From Candidatus Microgenomates bacterium (lineage in GTDB: Bacteria; Patescibacteriota; Microgenomatia; UBA8517): a stretch of 64,000 nt of DNA. Position 1 is the stretch's first letter; each line of letters opens with the position of its first letter. The stretch is taken from contig JBEKNE010000001.1 of NCBI GenBank assembly GCA_049523135.1, positions 651,234 through 715,233 on the forward strand, written 5' to 3'. Below are positions 35,722 through 44,629 of this stretch, in pieces. The translations under genes were made by a program, and so were the position numbers. Below the pieces are notes generated by a model, which saw nothing but the letters and a program-made list of their open reading frames with translations, searched no databases and was not told the origin of the DNA.

Positions 35722-36375
35722 ATGGATATACTAATTCTAATAATCGGCATAATAGGATTCGCCATGGCCATAATCATCCATGAAGTTTCCCATGGATGGG
35801 TAGCGGATAGGCTTGGAGACCCTACCGCCAGACTTGCCGGCAGACTTACGCTTAATCCGATCCCCCACATAGATATTATCGGAACAATAATCCTTCCGTT
35901 GACTCTTATTTTGTTTGGCTCGCCTTTTGTCTTCGGCTGGGCAAAACCTGTACCTATTGATCCTTACAACCTTAAAGATCCAAAAAGGGATACCGCCCTG
36001 ATTTCACTTGCCGGACCGGGATCGAATATCCTTTTAGCTATTATCCTCTCCATCTCTCTAAGAATAATTTATTACTTTTTCCCTGCCTCCGACGCAATTT
36101 TTAATCTCCTTTCGCTGCTTATCGTTCTAAATATTTCACTTGCAATTTTCAACCTAATTCCAATCCATCCTCTCGACGGAGGAAAAATTTTGGTAGGCAT
36201 TTTACCTGATAAGGAAGCCAGAATTGTGGATATTTTCTTAAACCGCTTTGGACTAATCTTACTGGTAATCCTAATCTTCCCGATTTTTGGGGGAAATTCA
36301 TTAATCTCTCCAATAATTTATCCTATTATAAATGTCATTTTGAAGCTGCTTATCCCCGGTTTTTCTACAATTTAA
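35722..36375 (+). CDS. Site-2 protease family M50 (YwhC-like)
   Basis: HEVSHG, GDPTARLAGRLTLNPIPHID, FNLIPIHPLDGG. Confidence 0.93.
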   Translation: MDILILIIGIIGFAMAIIIHEVSHGWVADRLGDPTARLAGRLTLNPIPHIDIIGTIILPLTLILFGSPFVFGWAKPVPIDPYNLKDPKRDTALISLAGPGSNILLAIILSISLRIIYYFFPASDAIFNLLSLLIVLNISLAIFNLIPIHPLDGGKILVGILPDKEARIVDIFLNRFGLILLVILIFPIFGGNSLISPIIYPIINVILKLLIPGFSTI

Positions 36376-36412
36376 TGTTTTCACAGATTGACTTTCATGG
36401 TAATATATATGT

Positions 36413-36559
36413 GACCCTGTCGAGAAAAGAATCGGTTTAATTTCCTGATCAATTTACATTTTATTGGGAGGGCGAAGTCCAACCAAAGCATTTTTGTTAA
36501 GGAAGGCAGCTCACCCACCTGGATTTTCCAGGAATGCTACCGGCTTTTGAGGCAGGGTC
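36413..36559 (+). ncRNA. ssrS: Probable 6S RNA
   Basis: Closing stem GACCCTGTC...GGCAGGGTC, AAAAG..TCGGT/ACCGG.CTTTT inner helix, AU-rich bubble, GGGAG...CACCCACCTG motifs; extended -10 TGGTAATAT upstream and a T-tract downstream. Confidence 0.7.
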
Positions 36560-36685
36560 TTTTTTGTATCAGGCAGAATATCTCTATTTCACCTAGTCTT
36601 TGGCCTCATAATCACGTCTTCCAGTAAATCTTATACTTGTATCGTATCTAAACTGAGTTTGTCTGGAGTATATTTCTTAAGCGGG

Positions 36686-36768
36686 TGCCAAGGCCAGGAT
36701 TCGAACCTGGGAAGCCTTACGGCATCAGTTCTACAGACTGACGTAATTGTCCACTCTACCACCTTGGC
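36686..36768 (-). tRNA. tRNA-Tyr(GUA)
   Basis: GCCAAGG/CCTTGGC acceptor, TCAGT-CTGTAGA-ACTGA anticodon arm, long variable arm, GGTTCGAATCC. Confidence 0.95.
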
Positions 36769-37373
36769 TAGTTTTTAAGTAAACTTGAAGATATTATACC
36801 AATATCAGTCATAATTTGCCTATGCAACTTCTTATCGGAATATCTAATATGTACAAGCCCAAATGGCATTTTGCCAATTTTCTCTATTTTAAAGTCCTTT
36901 CGGATATAGGGTTTAGAAAATTGCCCTTTGGGTACTTTTAATTTTTTCGACCAAAAATCAATTATTTTATTTACATCCTGATTTAAATAACAATACAAAT
37001 ATATTCTGAGCCTTTTTTCGGTAACTCTATAAATTTCCCTAAGCATTCTAATAAACAAACGAAGCATTTTTTCATCGCTATTCGCAAAATCAACGGTAAA
37101 CTTATTTGCTTTTGATCCTTCAGCCCAATAAAGCATCAAGCCTGCAATAAGAAGTTTTCTTTGATGGTTTGTAAATTTTGCCAATTTATCATAACTTAAA
37201 GAGCCTCTTTCGAATTGAATTTTAAGGGTCTGTGCGGGAGTTCTCCTTTTTATTTTATTTCTCCTCATAAAACTTATTACCCGCCAAACAGAAATATTAT
37301 ATTTCCTGGCTATTTCATTGGAACTTAAACCATTTTTGTTATACAGATCCGAAACAATCATTTTATCAAGCAT
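36768..37373 (-). CDS. HTH + LAGLIDADG-like protein adjacent to tRNA
   Basis: N-terminal HTH (GLSSNEIARKYNIS), GLMLYWAEGSK, FANSDEKMLRLF; AT-rich. Confidence 0.7.
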   Translation of the reverse strand: MLDKMIVSDLYNKNGLSSNEIARKYNISVWRVISFMRRNKIKRRTPAQTLKIQFERGSLSYDKLAKFTNHQRKLLIAGLMLYWAEGSKANKFTVDFANSDEKMLRLFIRMLREIYRVTEKRLRIYLYCYLNQDVNKIIDFWSKKLKVPKGQFSKPYIRKDFKIEKIGKMPFGLVHIRYSDKKLHRQIMTDIGIISSSLLKN

Positions 37374-37461
37374 AGTAGATCAATAATATATTTGCCTTGA
37401 CGAATAATCAATACCCATGTCAATATCAAAATTAGGCTTAGTTTGATATAATTCATATTGC

Positions 37462-37533
37462 GCCGACGTAGCTCAGTGGTAGAGCGATGCTTTTGTAAAG
37501 CAAGGATCGGAGGTCCAAATCCTCCCGTCGGCT
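37462..37533 (+). tRNA. tRNA-Thr(UGU)
   Basis: GCCGACG/CGTCGGC acceptor, TAGCTCAGTGGTAGAGC D-arm, anticodon loop TTTGTAA, T-arm GGAGG-TCCAAAT-CCTCC. Confidence 0.9.
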
Positions 37534-37547
37534 CACGAATAAATTTT

Positions 37548-38588
37548 ATGTGGACATCACTTTTCGATTACAATCTACCAAAAAATCTAATCGCTAACTC
37601 CCCTGCTAATCCCAGAGATAGTTCCAGACTTATGATAATTAACCGAAAAACTGATCAAATTTCCGAATATGTCTTTCGCGATATTACGAATATGTTAGGA
37701 AAAAATGATATCTTGGTTTTAAATAAGACTAAAGTTTTTCCAGCCAGGCTTATTTCCAAAAAAGTAACCGGCGGAAAAGTCGAAATTTTACTTCATAAAA
37801 ATCTGGACACGTATACATGGGAAGCACTAACCAGACCAGGGCTTAAAGCCGAACAAAAAATAGTTGCCGACGGAATTCTGGCGGAAACCATAAAAAGGGA
37901 CGGAGAACTTTCCATTTTGAAATTTAATTTGGATAGAAACAAACTGATCGAAAAACTCCAAAAAATTGGCCTGACTCCCCTTCCTCCTTATATTCATTCA
38001 AACGACTCCGAAAAAGATTTAAGGCATGAATATCAGACGATTTATGCAAAAACGGTCGGTTCCGCAGCCGCCCCGACAGCCGGATTCCATTTCACCAAAG
38101 AGCTTTTGGAAAGATTACAGAAAAAAGGGGTCCAAATCGAATATATTACGCTCCATGTCGGCCTCGGAACCTTTGCCCCCGTCAAAACAAAAACGCTCGA
38201 AGAGTTCAAAATCCACGAAGAGGAATTTTTTGTGGATAATAAAACTATCAATACAATAAAAGAAGCCAAATCCAAAGGCAAAAGAATAATTGCCGTAGGC
38301 ACCACATCTGCCCGTACGTTGGAAACCATCGCTTCAGGTAAGCCCTCCGGCTCAACCAATCTTTTTATTTATCCTCCCTACAAATTCAAAATTGTTGACG
38401 CTCTCATAACTAATTTTCATCTTCCGGAGTCAACCCTTTTAGCCCTAGTTTCGGCGTTTGTTTCCTTCCCAAATACGGATACCAAATTCAAAGATTTTGG
38501 TTCATCTTTAATGGGCAAGGCTTATCGAAAAGCTATTAAAAACAAGTTTCGTTTCTACTCTTTTGGTGATGCCTGCCTGATTATCTGA
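37548..38588 (+). CDS. queA: S-adenosylmethionine:tRNA ribosyltransferase-isomerase
   Basis: FDYNLP, RDSSRLM, PLPPYI, GSAAAPTAGFHF, TNFHLPEST, FYSFGDA; ATG 37548. Confidence 0.96.
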   Translation: MWTSLFDYNLPKNLIANSPANPRDSSRLMIINRKTDQISEYVFRDITNMLGKNDILVLNKTKVFPARLISKKVTGGKVEILLHKNLDTYTWEALTRPGLKAEQKIVADGILAETIKRDGELSILKFNLDRNKLIEKLQKIGLTPLPPYIHSNDSEKDLRHEYQTIYAKTVGSAAAPTAGFHFTKELLERLQKKGVQIEYITLHVGLGTFAPVKTKTLEEFKIHEEEFFVDNKTINTIKEAKSKGKRIIAVGTTSARTLETIASGKPSGSTNLFIYPPYKFKIVDALITNFHLPESTLLALVSAFVSFPNTDTKFKDFGSSLMGKAYRKAIKNKFRFYSFGDACLII

Positions 38589-38606
38589 TATAATTAGCTT
38601 CATCAG

Positions 38607-38681
38607 GCCTGGGTAGCTCAGTGGTAGAGCACGTACTTGGTAAGTACGGGGTCGTGAGTTCAATCCTCACCTCAGGCTCCA
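38607..38681 (+). tRNA. tRNA-Thr(GGU)
   Basis: GCCTGGG/CTCAGGC acceptor, CGTAC-TTGGTAA-GTACG, encoded CCA. Confidence 0.95.
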
Positions 38682-38686
38682 GAATT

Positions 38687-39280
38687 ATGGAACAACACGA
38701 AATACCGGTTTTTAGAAAATCCGAAAAGCATGTGGGCCCCTATATAAACGCTGTTCTTAATCCACCTATAGGAGAATTCAATAATATGCTTCGCCAAGCC
38801 AAACACTCCATCTTAGAAATTGGCTGTGGAGAAAAACCAAGACTTTCGTGGAAATTGAGTTCTGAAGATTTATGGGTAGGCTGCGATCCTCTCTTAGACA
38901 CCAACAGAGTGCAAATAAAGTCACCTATACATTCTAATAAAGTGATTCTATTCTCCGATATCGCAGCTGATATACCGAAGTTTACACCCGACGTCTTATT
39001 GGCAGTCGCGCCCAATCAAAAAAACATAGCTGAAAATAAAATATTTAATGATGAATTGGAGAATTTTCTGAATCCTCATAAACATCAATTTTTTATAGTG
39101 GCACTAGACACCCGGACAATTGAATCCAGAGGCTACCAGCAAGCCGCATTAACAAAAATTGATAATTGGATGAACGAACATCATTTTAAGAGAGATGATG
39201 AAAATCCGGTTTTAAACAAATTCAGTCCCAACTCGGATGATCTGGGAAATTTAAGCCACCTTATGTGTTTTGCCAGTTAG
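38687..39280 (+). CDS. Hypothetical protein with SAM-binding motif I (class I methyltransferase-like)
   Basis: ILEIGCGE followed by WVGCDP; ATG 38687 just after the tRNA. Confidence 0.65.
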   Translation: MEQHEIPVFRKSEKHVGPYINAVLNPPIGEFNNMLRQAKHSILEIGCGEKPRLSWKLSSEDLWVGCDPLLDTNRVQIKSPIHSNKVILFSDIAADIPKFTPDVLLAVAPNQKNIAENKIFNDELENFLNPHKHQFFIVALDTRTIESRGYQQAALTKIDNWMNEHHFKRDDENPVLNKFSPNSDDLGNLSHLMCFAS

Positions 39281-39325
39281 CTCCGCTTGCCTCTTCACTA
39301 CGCTCCGTGATAAAATATCAGCCAT

Positions 39326-39517
39326 ATGGCAAAAAAAGGCGCAAGAGAAGCTGTTATGTTGGTTTGTTCCGTTTGTAAAAATCAAAATTACATTACTGAA
39401 AGGAACAAAGTTAACATGGAGCTTAAAAACAAAAAGGGCTCAAAATTGGAGATCAAGAAATACTGTAAATTCTGCAGGAAAGTCCAGCTCCATAAGGAAA
39501 CCAGCAAGCTTAAGTAA
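39326..39517 (+). CDS. rpmG: 50S ribosomal protein L33
   Basis: LVCSVCKNQNYITERNK, KLEIKKYCKFCRK...HKE. Confidence 0.96.
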   Translation: MAKKGAREAVMLVCSVCKNQNYITERNKVNMELKNKKGSKLEIKKYCKFCRKVQLHKETSKLK

Positions 39518-39646
39518 AAACTTCGAGCACGGGAGAACAAAAATAAATTACTTCAAAAACATCCTTGCAAGGATAAGTAATCTTCATGTTTTTGATTGCG
39601 TATCTTATTTCTGCTCCCCCAGGTCGCATTGTGCTCATACTAACAC

Positions 39647-39877
39647 CTAAACATTAATCTGATTACCGTGGATTTTCGCGTGATTAGGGAAATGTCCCGG
39701 TGCATGGTTGTGTTTCAACTCGTCCACCAACTTAACGGTACCGGCCTTTGTATAAAAACCTGATTTCCCATTTAGGGTATCCAGTACTATATCACCGGGC
39801 TGGGGACCACACGCAGGTCCATTTCCCACACCTAAAAACACAAAACTGCCGTCTTGTTTCAATGTCCAACTGGCCAT
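39647..39877 (-). CDS. Small hypothetical protein
   Basis: GGAGG SD before ATG 39877; MASWTLKQDG... with a His-rich C-terminus. Confidence 0.6.
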   Translation of the reverse strand: MASWTLKQDGSFVFLGVGNGPACGPQPGDIVLDTLNGKSGFYTKAGTVKLVDELKHNHAPGHFPNHAKIHGNQINV

Positions 39878-39984
39878 ATTTGTACGCCTCCACAATGTTA
39901 ATTTGCGACCTATAGTGGACTATATCAAAAAATACGCTATTTTTCAACTTTGAGGCAATCTGGGGTATAATACAAAGGTAATTT

Positions 39985-40055
39985 AGGGGTGTCGGTCAGT
40001 GGTAGGCCGCGAGTCTCCAAAACTTGCAACGTAGGTTCGATTCCTACCACCCCTG
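39985..40055 (+). tRNA. tRNA-Trp(CCA)
   Basis: AGGGGTG/CACCCCT acceptor, CGAGT-CTCCAAA-ACTTG, GGTTCGATTCC; TATAAT upstream. Confidence 0.95.
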
Positions 40056-40064
40056 CAGAGGCAC

Positions 40065-40325
40065 TTACTGACTAGCGTATTTATGAAGAACCGAGGACGC
40101 AAGAGTTTGATAAGGAATCCCCTCTTCAGCTGCTTTAGCTCTTAAACGTGCTATAACTCTTTCGGAAAGTCTAATGTTTATGTTTTTGGTCTTGTTCAGA
40201 GTATTCTTAGCGATTTTTTCATAAAGTTTTTTCGCTTTCTTAAAATCTGAAACTGAGACAAACGTCCCCTTTTCAAAATCTTTCAAAATAGTTCTTTCAT
40301 CTTTTGTTAATTCGTAATATTTCAT
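40065..40325 (-). CDS. BrnA/CopG-like antitoxin
   Basis: KTKNINIRLS...LRAKAAEEGIPYQTLASSVLHKY ribbon-helix-helix C-terminus. Confidence 0.9.
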   Translation of the reverse strand: MKYYELTKDERTILKDFEKGTFVSVSDFKKAKKLYEKIAKNTLNKTKNINIRLSERVIARLRAKAAEEGIPYQTLASSVLHKYASQ

Positions 40326-40609
40326 TTTTTTCCACCTCCTTTAACTATATATTTTTTAGTTGCCTTTCGGCTTGGAATAATCGTTTTCAAAAACACTTTC
40401 TCCTCATCTTCAACAAAAGGTACTAAATAAACATAGTTGTTAATGTTTAGCACAAACATTTTTTGATTAGGATATTTCTTCTGATTTGGATGCTTAACTA
40501 TATCCAAAAGTCCACCAGATTCTATCGCTATATAAACTTCTTCAAAAGAGATATCCCGTTCAGCCTTAAGCAACCTATTTTTCTCTTTATTCCAATCGTA
40601 ATACTTCAC
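40322..40609 (-). CDS. BrnT-family ribonuclease toxin
   Basis: YDWNKEKNRLLKAERDISFEE, YLVPFV, FLKTIIPSRKATKKY. Confidence 0.9.
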   Translation of the reverse strand: MKYYDWNKEKNRLLKAERDISFEEVYIAIESGGLLDIVKHPNQKKYPNQKMFVLNINNYVYLVPFVEDEEKVFLKTIIPSRKATKKYIVKGGGKK

Positions 40610-40623
40610 TAGTAGTGATGTTA

Positions 40624-40646
40624 TGACAAATAATATGATTTGTCAA
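40624..40646 (-). promoter_or_regulatory. Palindromic operator over the -35 of the brnTA promoter
   Basis: TGACAAAT-N6-ATTTGTCA overlapping minus-strand TTGACA. Confidence 0.6.
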
Positions 40647-40756
40647 TAGTTAAAGTAGGCCTTAAAAATTCATTAATTCGACTCATATCAAACGAACATA
40701 TATTGTTCCAAACTGTACGAAAATTGGATACTAAGGCCTGTCACATAGTTAAGCTG

Positions 40757-41707
40757 TTAAGTCTTAATGATAGGGTCCGCTCCATCCAAATATATCAAAA
40801 TCTTGCTTATACCCCTTAGATCTCTAAGCTTCTCCAGCGAATATGTAACATTATTACGAACCTTATTTTCCGGAATATCATATTTATCCCCGATCTCACT
40901 ATACTTCCAGTGCCTCCCGTCGACTATTCCAATTCTATAAAGAAGCTTATCAATCGAAGAAAGTGAAATAGTTTCGCAAAGGACATCTCTAAGGAAATCT
41001 TTCAACTCTTTCTCCTCCAAAATATCCAAAGCGTCTTTCCCAGGGCCTTCAATACAATCCTCCAATACTTCATCAGGATTATCATCTTTGTTCCTCGGTT
41101 CATTTAACGATTTCTGACGCTTATTCGCCTGAAATGCCGCCCTTAAAGTATTCAATTGGATTCTCGAAAGACCAAGCTTTTTTTCCACTTCCGGAATCTC
41201 TGGAGTACGGGCCAATTTCTGTGTCAAAAACTTTTCGGCTTTCTTATAGTCAATAATTCTTTTGAACGAAGCGGGGGGTATAACGATATGATTCGCATTG
41301 TGGATTGCATTAATCATTTCACGGACGATCCAATATTCTATGTATGTAGAGACGTTGCATCCTTCATCAAGGTCATATTGGGCTAGTCCCTTTATCATTC
41401 CAACTACACCTTCGTTTAATAAATCGACATTGGGTAAATCGCACTTATAAAAAAGGTTATTTTTTTTTGCCAGACTAAATACAAAAAGCAAATTGTGGTT
41501 CACTAGTTCATTGAAAGCCAGATGGGATTCTCTATTTGTAAATCCAATTTTTACCTGTTCCGTGTGGGGATTTATTATTTCAGCTCCGGAAAACATCACC
41601 CGTGCAAGCTCCTTTTGTTCTTCCGCAGGAAGAGCGGGATAATTTTCGGCCTCACGGATCCATTCCTTAACCCCCATTTTGACCAAAGTCGGTTCAGTTT
41701 CTTTCAT
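40757..41707 (-). CDS. Divergent RpoD/RpoS-like sigma-70 family protein
   Basis: Region 1.2-like (YPALPAEEQKELAR), region 2 (LVNHNLLFVFSLAKK; DLLNEGVVGM; STYIEYWI), region 3 (LARTPEIPEV; SLNEP), region 4 HTH. Start uncertain. Confidence 0.8.
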   Translation of the reverse strand: MKETEPTLVKMGVKEWIREAENYPALPAEEQKELARVMFSGAEIINPHTEQVKIGFTNRESHLAFNELVNHNLLFVFSLAKKNNLFYKCDLPNVDLLNEGVVGMIKGLAQYDLDEGCNVSTYIEYWIVREMINAIHNANHIVIPPASFKRIIDYKKAEKFLTQKLARTPEIPEVEKKLGLSRIQLNTLRAAFQANKRQKSLNEPRNKDDNPDEVLEDCIEGPGKDALDILEEKELKDFLRDVLCETISLSSIDKLLYRIGIVDGRHWKYSEIGDKYDIPENKVRNNVTYSLEKLRDLRGISKILIYLDGADPIIKT

Positions 41708-41735
41708 AAACAGTGAATTATAATACGGGAGAGTC

Positions 41736-42722
41736 CTATTTCGCCAGTTCGTATCTTTCGGAGGCAAGAGAAATAATTTTACTGATCAGATCTTTATAAC
41801 TCATTCCCGCAACCATTGCCGCACGGGGAAAATAGGAAATCTGATTCATATCAGGATTAATCCCCGGAAGTGTATTTATTTCGATAAAATAAAGAGTCCC
41901 ATCATTACTCAGCCGATAATCAATTCTGGCACAATCTCTGACATCCAAAAGTTTATAAATCTTTTTGGAAACATCCTCTATTTTATCCTTAAGTTTTTCA
42001 TCTATTTTTGCAGGGCAATCATAAGCAGTTTTTAGATCCTTTAACTTGTCTTCATAAAGCCACTTCAGTTCATAACCGGCAATTTTGTTCATTCCAGCAG
42101 GTAGAAAATCGAATTTTTGCTCTATAATTGGAAGAACCTGAATTTCCTTATTCCCAAGCACGCCAACAGTAAACTCACGTCCGTCGATATACTCCTCTAC
42201 CAAGACTTCTGTATCAAGCGCCTCTCTTAGCTCCTTAATCTTTTTGTCCAACTCTTCCTTGTTCCTGACGACACTATTATCCATTATCCCTTTACTTGAA
42301 CCTTCCTTATTCGGCTTCACAATTAATGGGAACGTGATTGAACCGGGAACATCCACTATTTCCGCCCCTTTTATAATTAACTTTGTAAACTCCTTATCAA
42401 GTTTTATTGCATTTGTGGTAGGACCCGAGTGAGTATAAGGAATTCCCAAAACTTCACAGAAAAGAGGAATTTGGCTTTCCCTTGCATCCCCCGTTAATCC
42501 TTCAGCAATATTAAAAACAAGGTCAATTTTCCCTTTCAAAGATTGAAGTGTATCGAAAGCATTTTCATTCGCTTCAACCAGTACCACCTCGTGTCCCAAA
42601 GACTCCAGGGTTTCTTTAATCTGATTGATTGTTTCGGGAGCATCGAACTCCGTATCTTTCTGCTTACTCGGATCCAAAGAAGGATCACTCCTTTTAACAT
42701 TGAAGGTAAAGGCAATTTTCAT
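41736..42722 (-). CDS. D-Ala-D-Ala ligase-like ATP-grasp enzyme
   Basis: VFNIAEG, LGIPYT, PLIVKPNKEGSSKGI, EEYIDGREFTV, ARIDYR, IEINTLPG; non-canonical N-terminus. Confidence 0.88.
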   Translation of the reverse strand: MKIAFTFNVKRSDPSLDPSKQKDTEFDAPETINQIKETLESLGHEVVLVEANENAFDTLQSLKGKIDLVFNIAEGLTGDARESQIPLFCEVLGIPYTHSGPTTNAIKLDKEFTKLIIKGAEIVDVPGSITFPLIVKPNKEGSSKGIMDNSVVRNKEELDKKIKELREALDTEVLVEEYIDGREFTVGVLGNKEIQVLPIIEQKFDFLPAGMNKIAGYELKWLYEDKLKDLKTAYDCPAKIDEKLKDKIEDVSKKIYKLLDVRDCARIDYRLSNDGTLYFIEINTLPGINPDMNQISYFPRAAMVAGMSYKDLISKIISLASERYELAK

Positions 42723-42820
42723 CTATGTAGTGTGGTGTGGAAAAAGGGATTGCGATTTTGAGGAGAAAATTACCATTATGAGTTAGATTATATACCCCTC
42801 CGAAAATTTGTTAACAAGTA

Positions 42821-43501
42821 CTATTTCCTGATCATCCCCAACTTCTTAGGCCAGGTTTCGCTTTTCGGAGTTATGACAAACATTACCCGGTTATCTATGA
42901 GGCTTCTACCGCCAATAATATTCTCATCCCACCATCTTTTCTCAAAAAGCCTGATGGGAAATCTCCTGTCCACCCCGTTGTAGCGGAATATGCCATTGAA
43001 ATACGGATCCGCGATTCTTACATAGCCTGTCTTTTTATCTACACCCGTGACCACTCCGTAATGCCCGCTGTCCCCATCTTCGTTTTCATAGAAAACTCCC
43101 TGCCACTCAACCCCAACGGGAGATTTAAACGTATGCACCGCTCTCCAAAGGTCATGGATGGTAGCGTCGCGCTTTTCCCAAAAATAATATTCTTTCTTTC
43201 CCAAAAATGAGGTTGCACGGGTCAAGTCTTTGACATTTAGACCGTATTCTCTGACTTTGGTTTGTGCCCTGAGCGATTTAATCATACTTTTCTGGCTTAC
43301 CTTAACGCCAAAGAAAGAAAAAAGCATTTCTTCTACAGCCGGACCGCAGGCATAGATTGAAACTTGTTTTACCCTACGCATTTCAGGGAAGGGCTTGCCG
43401 AAGAGCTTATCCGCAAGTTCCCATAAACGTTTCAGAAATCTTCTCGCAATCGGGTTTTTTTCAAGTTCCATAATTTGCCCAATTATACGGGCGGAAGCCA
43501 A
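42821..43501 (-). CDS. C39-like papain-fold cysteine peptidase
   Basis: QVSIYACGPA (Q..C), GHYGVV (H), IADPY (D). Confidence 0.78.
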   Translation of the reverse strand: MASARIIGQIMELEKNPIARRFLKRLWELADKLFGKPFPEMRRVKQVSIYACGPAVEEMLFSFFGVKVSQKSMIKSLRAQTKVREYGLNVKDLTRATSFLGKKEYYFWEKRDATIHDLWRAVHTFKSPVGVEWQGVFYENEDGDSGHYGVVTGVDKKTGYVRIADPYFNGIFRYNGVDRRFPIRLFEKRWWDENIIGGRSLIDNRVMFVITPKSETWPKKLGMIRK

Positions 43502-43507
43502 GTTTGT

Positions 43508-44584
43508 CTACTGCAATCCTTTGGTGTACTTGGAAAGGAGGCTGGAGACTATCTCCGGAAACTCAACTCCGTACATTGCCATTACCTCCGTCATGGGAAG
43601 TCCCATATCCGGACCAAAGGCTGTATTGGGGTTGCTGTCGGTAAAGTACGGGGTCGTTGTTTCTTCATCTACCCTAATGTCAAACTTTGCGTAATCGTTA
43701 TGCTGAAGTCCGCCAAAAGCTCTTACGGCAAGCTTGGTAATCTCATAGCGGAGATCATCCTTAACGGGAATATATTTATAAGCCTTAGAATCGTCATAAG
43801 ACTCAAAACTTGTAAAGAAATATTTACCGTCAGCCTTTTTTCTAAAGACCTTTTGTCCCATAAATACGTGCCTTTTGCTTCCGTCGTCAAAGACCACAAC
43901 CGTAATTTCAGGCCCGCCTATAAACTTCTCAACAACAACCGGAACGTGGTATGTTGAAATCATTTTATTGGACCGAAGCATTGCGGCTCTGAAGGTCTCT
44001 TTAACAGCATGATTATTTATTCCGACGCTTCCCCCACCCTCGTTAAGTTTAACGATAAGAGGAAGCCCCAAGTCTTCATCAATTGTCGTTCCGGCACGTC
44101 TGATAAATTGGAACGGAGGAGTCGGAATGTCATAGGCCATAAGAAGTCTCTTGGTTAAATTTCTGTTATTGCCAATGATAAGACCTTCCATTCCGGCTCC
44201 GGTATAAGGAATTCCGGCCAGTTCCAGTGCCGCCGGAACCGAAGGCTGGAGTTGATCGCGGCCTTTTAAGGTATCCACCAAATTAACAACCAGGTCGGGT
44301 TTATCAACAAGCAAATTCGTATAAAAATACTGATCTCCTGGAAGAGTCCTAACCTGAATTCCAAGTTTTCGAATTTCTTCCGAAACCTCAACCGCTCTCT
44401 CCTCTACTTCAACTTCCGCCTCATAAGCGGACTGGGTGGCAAAGTGCTCCCTCTGGACACTGCTGTAAGCAACTACCACCAACCTAAACTTTTTTAAACC
44501 GTCCTTATCAACAGCTAATTTAATTTTTCCTTTGGGGGATGTTTTTTTTACCAGGGCTTCATCTTCGCTTTTTGAAGTGGGCAT
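43508..44584 (-). CDS. Second, more divergent Ddl-like ATP-grasp enzyme
   Basis: LELAGIPYTG, PLIVKLNEGGGSVGI, VEKFIGGPEITV, YAKFDIR, TDSNPN; ATG 44584. Confidence 0.85.
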   Translation of the reverse strand: MPTSKSEDEALVKKTSPKGKIKLAVDKDGLKKFRLVVVAYSSVQREHFATQSAYEAEVEVEERAVEVSEEIRKLGIQVRTLPGDQYFYTNLLVDKPDLVVNLVDTLKGRDQLQPSVPAALELAGIPYTGAGMEGLIIGNNRNLTKRLLMAYDIPTPPFQFIRRAGTTIDEDLGLPLIVKLNEGGGSVGINNHAVKETFRAAMLRSNKMISTYHVPVVVEKFIGGPEITVVVFDDGSKRHVFMGQKVFRKKADGKYFFTSFESYDDSKAYKYIPVKDDLRYEITKLAVRAFGGLQHNDYAKFDIRVDEETTTPYFTDSNPNTAFGPDMGLPMTEVMAMYGVEFPEIVSSLLSKYTKGLQ

Positions 44585-44629
44585 ATACTCATAGTACCAA
44601 ATAATCCTTCTCTGATACAATACGCTTAA

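Noticed and set aside
37458-37547. N-terminal extension of QueA in the ORF track (likewise 38621-38686)
   Set aside because: These extensions are translations of tRNA genes; the real starts are ATG 37548 and ATG 38687.
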